A stretch of DNA of 64,000 bases, from NCBI GenBank assembly GCA_040376695.1, contig JBEIQD010000001.1, positions 217,029 to 281,028 of the forward strand, given 5' to 3'. Below, in pieces: positions 59,790-64,000 of the stretch. The notes beneath the pieces were generated by a model. The model did no database searches, had not been told where the DNA came from, and saw only the letters and a program-made list of their open reading frames with translations. The stretch's first letter is position 1, and each line of letters starts with the position of its first letter. A program made the position numbers and the translations under genes. This DNA comes from Candidatus Nomurabacteria bacterium (lineage in GTDB: Bacteria; Patescibacteriota; Minisyncoccia; Phycocordibacterales; UBA5272).

Positions 59790-60070
59790 ATTCTTTGTCT
59801 ATAAGCCGAATTCTGTGTTTGTGTAGACATGTATCTAGGATGATAGTCACCCATCACCTCAAGCGACGCTCCTTTCAATTGCTCAAAAGGCACGGTCTTG
59901 CACACACGTATGTATTTAGCCGTTTCAGCCGAACTAAATCGGATCGTTTCTGTTCGCAACACGGTGGTCACCCACGACGGGCATTACCCGCTACGCTTAT
60001 CATGTAAACATGATGATGTGTTCGGACTTTCCTCACGATATTGCTATCGCGCGTCTACCCAACAAAGAAC
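59790..60070 (-). ncRNA. rnpB: RNase P RNA (M1 RNA), compact about 280-nt form; not in the ORF track
   Basis: Minus strand carries the universal 5' block cgtGAGGAAAGTCCGaac (plus 60020..60037) and the 3' block ACAGAAttCGGCTTAtag (plus 59799..59816). P1 pairing gttctttgt/acaaagaa (60062..60070 vs 59791..59798). Internal GGGTAATGCC and TGAAAGGAGCG blocks. An upstream TATACA-18-TAGTAT promoter-like sequence and a terminator hairpin right after. Confidence 0.78.
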
Positions 60071-60107
60071 CTACACATACTACAATGAAAAAACTATTCT
60101 GTATAGC

Positions 60108-60626
60108 TTATTCCCCTAGCACCACGTTCGTTCCAAGATATAATCCAAACTTCTCAGCAGAGCCTGCTTGGATCTCAAGTACATATTTTGCCTCTGGAGA
60201 ATTAATAAACGTCTGTGGCGGAACTTGGTTAAAATATGATTCAGGTGTCGCACTATGTACAACATGAACCACAACACCATCCTTATTTATCCAAACAATA
60301 TCAATTGGGAAAAGCATGTCTTTCATCCAAAATCCATATTTACCAGATTCCTCGAAAATGAAAAGCATTGCTTCATCTTCCTTAAGTCCCACTCTACCTG
60401 AAAGACCTTGCGCTCGTGAAGCTGGTGTATTCACCACCTCTGCGTATACTTTTCCTTTTGGAAGATTTATTTCCTTTCCGCTCCGTACAACCTTTTCAAC
60501 CATTGCCGACTTACACACCTTTTGATATCCGCATGTGTATCCGTAAGCAAGAACAATAAGTGAAACAAGTACGACGACGATAATTCTAAGTTTATTTTTA
60601 CGATTCAGAACAGTGAGTGTATTCAT
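60108..60626 (-). CDS. DUF192-domain protein (COG1430-like), membrane-anchored
   Basis: ASRAQGLSGR...MLFIFEESGKYGFWMKDMLFPIDIVWI matches the DUF192 core. Confidence 0.75.
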   Translation of the reverse strand: MNTLTVLNRKNKLRIIVVVLVSLIVLAYGYTCGYQKVCKSAMVEKVVRSGKEINLPKGKVYAEVVNTPASRAQGLSGRVGLKEDEAMLFIFEESGKYGFWMKDMLFPIDIVWINKDGVVVHVVHSATPESYFNQVPPQTFINSPEAKYVLEIQAGSAEKFGLYLGTNVVLGE

Positions 60627-60686
60627 ATGTGTAGTATATATAAAAATTGACTGATTACCTTAGGATAATCAGTCAATTTTTATGAG

Positions 60687-62474
60687 TTAGCTTTTTCGTC
60701 CAGCCTTTGCGCGATCACTTTCAGTAAGCAATTGCTTTCGAAGTCGAACTGATTTTGGAGTAACTTCCAAATACTCGTCGGCGTTCATGATTTCAAGCCC
60801 ACGTTCAATTGAAATCTCCCACGCTGGAACAAGAACGATAGCTTCATCCGCACCGGAAGAACGCATGTTAGAAAGTGCCTTACCCTTTGTTGGGTTCACC
60901 ATCATTTCTTCACCCTTTGAGGTGTTACCGATAACCATACCCTCGTACACTTCTGTTGTAGGGAGGATATAAATCACTCCACGATCCTGAAGGTTCCAAA
61001 GAGAGAACGCAAGAGACTTCCCTGCTGCCATAGATGTCATAGAACCAACAAGACGTCGCTGAATTGGGCCGGCGTACGGACCAAAACGCAGGTAACGCGC
61101 TGAAAGAATTCCAAGACCCTTCGTATCAATAACGAATTCTCCACGGTATCCGAGAAGCCCACGAGTAGGGATTTCTGCCTTAATACGATTTACACCGTGC
61201 TTTTCTGACATGTCAGTAATCATAGCTTTACGTCGTCCAAGTTTTTCCATTACTGTTCCAGCTGCTTCAACTGGTACGTCGATAACAAGCTCTTCATATG
61301 GCTCCTCTTTAACTCCATCTTTTTCATGGAAAATAACCTGAGGCTGTGACACCTGTAACTCGTATCCTTCACGACGCATTGTTTCGAGAAGTACGCCGAT
61401 GTGGAGTTCACCACGTCCGTACACTAAATACTTATCAGTATCAAAATCTACCTTAAGTCCAACGTTAATTTCTAGTTCTTTTTCTAGGCGATCACGAATC
61501 TGGCGACCTGTCACAAACTTACCTTCTTTTCCAGCAAACGGAGAATCGTTAACAAGGAAGTTAAGAGCAATAGTTGGTTCATCAATATGAATCGCTTCCA
61601 TTGGAGTCTGATCAGCATTTTTTACGAATGTTTCACCGATATAAATATCAGGGAATCCTGCAATCATCACAATGTCTCCAGCCTCTGCTGTCTGTGTGTC
61701 CATTTTCTGAATACCATTGAATGTAAAGATTTTTGTAATCTTACCTTTACGAGATTCACCTGTTGGTTTCTTAACCAGGATTTCTTCACCTACACGAGCA
61801 ACTCCGTCGTACACGCGACACACCGCCATACGGCCAAGGAAGTTATCGTATGCGAGATTAAACACCTGCCCTACGAAAGGATTATTAATATCTCCAGTGG
61901 CACGTGGCACCTTTTCAATAATAGTATCGAGGAGTGGTGTAAGATCCTTACGCTCATCATCAAGTTCCTTCATAGCAACACCGTCACGTCCAATTGCGTA
62001 CACTGTTGTAAAGTCTAGCTGGTCATCTTGTGCGCCAAGTTCCATAAATAGTTCGAATACTTCGTCGTGCACTTTCTTAGGATCAGCTGCAGGCTTATCA
62101 ATCTTGTTAATAACAACGATTGGCTTAAGACCAAGTTCAAGTGACTTCTTCAATACGAAACGAGTCTGAGGCATTGGACCTTCCTGAGCATCCACAACAA
62201 GAAGCACACAGTCAATTGAACGAAGTACGCGCTCTACCTCACTTCCGAAGTCGGCGTGACCTGGAGTGTCTAGAATGTTAATCTTCACCCCCTTGTATGG
62301 AACAGATGTATTCTTCGCAGTAATAGTAATACCACGTTCTTTTTCCATCGGATTAGAGTCCATTGTCTGCCCTGCAACTCCAACTCCACACTGTTGCATA
62401 AGTGCGTCGGTAAGTGTGGTCTTTCCATGGTCCACGTGAGCGATGATAGCGATATTTCTGATTTCCTGTTGCAT
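60687..62474 (-). CDS. typA: Translational GTPase TypA/BipA
   Basis: NIAIIAHVDHGKTTLTDAL G1 motif, EF-G-like domains, BipA C-terminal domain; 595 aa. Confidence 0.95.
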   Translation of the reverse strand: MQQEIRNIAIIAHVDHGKTTLTDALMQQCGVGVAGQTMDSNPMEKERGITITAKNTSVPYKGVKINILDTPGHADFGSEVERVLRSIDCVLLVVDAQEGPMPQTRFVLKKSLELGLKPIVVINKIDKPAADPKKVHDEVFELFMELGAQDDQLDFTTVYAIGRDGVAMKELDDERKDLTPLLDTIIEKVPRATGDINNPFVGQVFNLAYDNFLGRMAVCRVYDGVARVGEEILVKKPTGESRKGKITKIFTFNGIQKMDTQTAEAGDIVMIAGFPDIYIGETFVKNADQTPMEAIHIDEPTIALNFLVNDSPFAGKEGKFVTGRQIRDRLEKELEINVGLKVDFDTDKYLVYGRGELHIGVLLETMRREGYELQVSQPQVIFHEKDGVKEEPYEELVIDVPVEAAGTVMEKLGRRKAMITDMSEKHGVNRIKAEIPTRGLLGYRGEFVIDTKGLGILSARYLRFGPYAGPIQRRLVGSMTSMAAGKSLAFSLWNLQDRGVIYILPTTEVYEGMVIGNTSKGEEMMVNPTKGKALSNMRSSGADEAIVLVPAWEISIERGLEIMNADEYLEVTPKSVRLRKQLLTESDRAKAGRKS

Positions 62475-62736
62475 AAATGATATAAAAATCGGCCTTAAGC
62501 CGAAGCGGCTTGCGCCGATTACCTAACTAATTGATGTCAAATATAATACCACAAATTAGCCTATTGTGCTAGTCGTCGAATAGGTGTAGTATCTGAAGTG
62601 CTGGGGCATCAAAGTAGATTTTAGGGTTAACGCCCTCCGTACGCGCTGACACTCCATTACCATGGAATACAAGAAGCGATGCATGTGATCTGCTGCCTTA
62701 GCACCAAATACCCATTTGGTAGACAACATCTACCAA

Positions 62737-62762
62737 AAAGCAGCCACGTGTGGCTGCTTTTT
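62737..62762 (-). terminator. Intrinsic terminator after the M3 peptidase gene
   Basis: aaaaagcagccacgtgtggctgcttttttc. Confidence 0.6.
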
Positions 62763-62765
62763 TCT

Positions 62766-64000
62766 TTACTTAACCCCCAACTCTTTAAGGAAAGCTTTAT
62801 CTGACGGTTTGCGCCCGAGAAAATTTGTAATCAATTTCATTTCATCTTCAGACGATCCTTTTTCTAAAACTTCTTTTCTCCATCGCATACCAACTTTTTC
62901 ATTAGACAAGCCTTCCTTCTCAAATTCTGAAAATGCATCTTGTGCATATACGAGAGCCCACAGGTATGAATAATACCCTGCATCATACCCAACAAGGTGT
63001 CCGAACCCCGCAGGAAATAATGTTTCCTTTACTGGGAGTTCTAATCCTGTATACATTTTTACCATACTTCTATATGCCTCAGTTGCATCTTTAATTTTAC
63101 CCATATGAAGATCCATGTCTAGTTTACCCATTAAAATCTGTCGCATAAAATGATATGCATTTTGGAACTTCTTTCCTGCAAGGATTTTTGTTCGCATTTC
63201 TTTAGGTAAAGGCTTTCCTGTTTTCACATGAGAAGAAAGCTTTTTTAACATTTCATCATTCCACACCCAGTTCTCCATAATCTGTGACGGCGTTTCAACG
63301 AAGTCCCACGCAACATTCGCACCACTCTGAGATTCATGTCGAGACGTTGATAGTGTCATATGAAGACCGTGACCGAATTCATGGAACAATGTTTCTACTT
63401 CGCGAATAGAAAGAAGTGAGAGATTTTTCTTTGAAGGTAACGGGAAGTTACACACAATCCCTGTAATAGGTGCTGTAAAGATTCCACTGTTAAAACCTTC
63501 TTCGTGAGCAATGGTTGTATCAACACACATAGCGTGACCGTATTTTCCTGTTCGTGGGAACAAATCGAAAAACATATATCCAATAAGAGAACTATCTTTA
63601 TTCTGCACCTCGTACACTGTCACATCTTTATGCCATGTCTTTATATCTTTTTGTATAAACTTAATTCCGAACAATTTACCAAAATGCTTAAGCATGTGTT
63701 CCATAACAAATGAAAGTGGAAAATACTCGCGAATGACTTCTGGATCAATTTCATATAATTTCTTTTCCAGACTATTTCCAACGTACGCAGTATCATAGTG
63801 TTCTAATGTCTCAATACCAAGTGTTTTTGCGTGTGCACGAATTTCATCAACATCTTTCTTTGCTGGAACAATAAGCTTCTTAAGGAGCTCGTTCTGAAAC
63901 TTTTCAGCTATTTCCCCTTTCTTTGCCATTCTATTTTCCGTTCTAAAATCTGCATGATGTGCATATCCTAAAATTTTTGAAATTTCAGCCCTAATAACAA
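62766..64000 (-). CDS. M3-family zinc metallopeptidase (oligopeptidase), C-terminal part. The reading frame stays open upstream of Met 63929 to the window edge, so this is a 5'-partial gene.
   Basis: HEFGHGLH zinc motif, downstream Glu, and the C-terminal GYDAGYYSYLW M3 signature. The in-frame upstream translation ...VIRAEISKILGYAHHADFRTENR has no stop. Confidence 0.8.
   Translation of the reverse strand, partial: VIRAEISKILGYAHHADFRTENRMAKKGEIAEKFQNELLKKLIVPAKKDVDEIRAHAKTLGIETLEHYDTAYVGNSLEKKLYEIDPEVIREYFPLSFVMEHMLKHFGKLFGIKFIQKDIKTWHKDVTVYEVQNKDSSLIGYMFFDLFPRTGKYGHAMCVDTTIAHEEGFNSGIFTAPITGIVCNFPLPSKKNLSLLSIREVETLFHEFGHGLHMTLSTSRHESQSGANVAWDFVETPSQIMENWVWNDEMLKKLSSHVKTGKPLPKEMRTKILAGKKFQNAYHFMRQILMGKLDMDLHMGKIKDATEAYRSMVKMYTGLELPVKETLFPAGFGHLVGYDAGYYSYLWALVYAQDAFSEFEKEGLSNEKVGMRWRKEVLEKGSSEDEMKLITNFLGRKPSDKAFLKELGVK

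Noticed and set aside
59744-60267. ORFs 59744..59971(-), 59768..60007(+), 59898..60119(+) and 60010..60267(+)
   Set aside because: They overlie the RNase P RNA gene (conserved GAGGAAAGUCCG and ACAGAAnnCGGCUUA blocks, P1 helix, promoter and terminator). The 60010..60267 ORF also runs antisense through the DUF192 gene.
62520-62737. SRP (4.5S) RNA or 6S RNA in the typA upstream region
   Set aside because: No GGAA-tetraloop / AGCAGC domain-IV motif could be found on either strand, and there is no convincing end-to-end 6S-like helix.

Overview
This is a 64-kb chromosomal window from a low-GC (roughly 40% by eye), densely coded, mostly minus-strand bacterial genome. Reduced proteins (short ValRS, MurF without its N-domain, ~280-nt RNase P RNA), a secretin-less type IV pilus cluster and many low-complexity basic tails suggest a small-genome monoderm lineage such as a CPR/Patescibacteria-like organism, but that placement is inference only.

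Housekeeping content, in order: rpoD (5' part, running off the window start), dnaG, rpoC, rpoB, a flavodoxin-like NAD(P)H oxidoreductase, family-4 UDG, a DUF305 protein, a Prx5 peroxiredoxin, a DEAD-box helicase, a stand-alone receiver domain, a PrmC-like methyltransferase, murI, trhO, three tRNAs (two Met-CAT, Asp), gatA, gatC and ligA. A complete pilM-N-O-(small gene)-pilB-pilT-pilC-pilA-pilD-three minor pilins-pilX cluster follows, with a divergent comF. After that come an ECF sigma/anti-sigma pair, a tandem PhnB/VOC protein, two type-II (Ser-like) tRNAs, mscL, a GH73-like hydrolase, tRNA-Glu, murF, secA, valS, hsp20, tRNA-Arg, tRNA-Phe, a glutaredoxin-like gene, an ftsB-like gene, lepA, murJ, an unannotated rnpB (RNase P RNA) that the ORF track covers with spurious ORFs, a DUF192 gene, typA and a partial M3 peptidase. 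No CRISPR array, transposase or integrase was seen.

The most interesting candidate system is a SET-domain methyltransferase (50629..51228) directly upstream of a 36-aa Lys/Ala-rich histone H1/Hc1-like micro-protein (50190..50300), next to a GC-rich orphan gene and an extremely AT-rich tract carrying a DnaA box. The same genome puts Lys-rich tails on sigma-70 and on the SET protein itself. Other leads: a membrane protein combining thrombospondin-type-3 Ca-binding repeats with a C-terminal HEPN-like (Rx4H) domain; a Ser-like tRNA whose anticodon reads ACU next to a normal tRNA-Ser(GCU); a ~115-bp dispersed repeat in two intergenic copies; and several GC-rich (probably acquired) orphan genes, two of them in an islet at tRNA-Glu.
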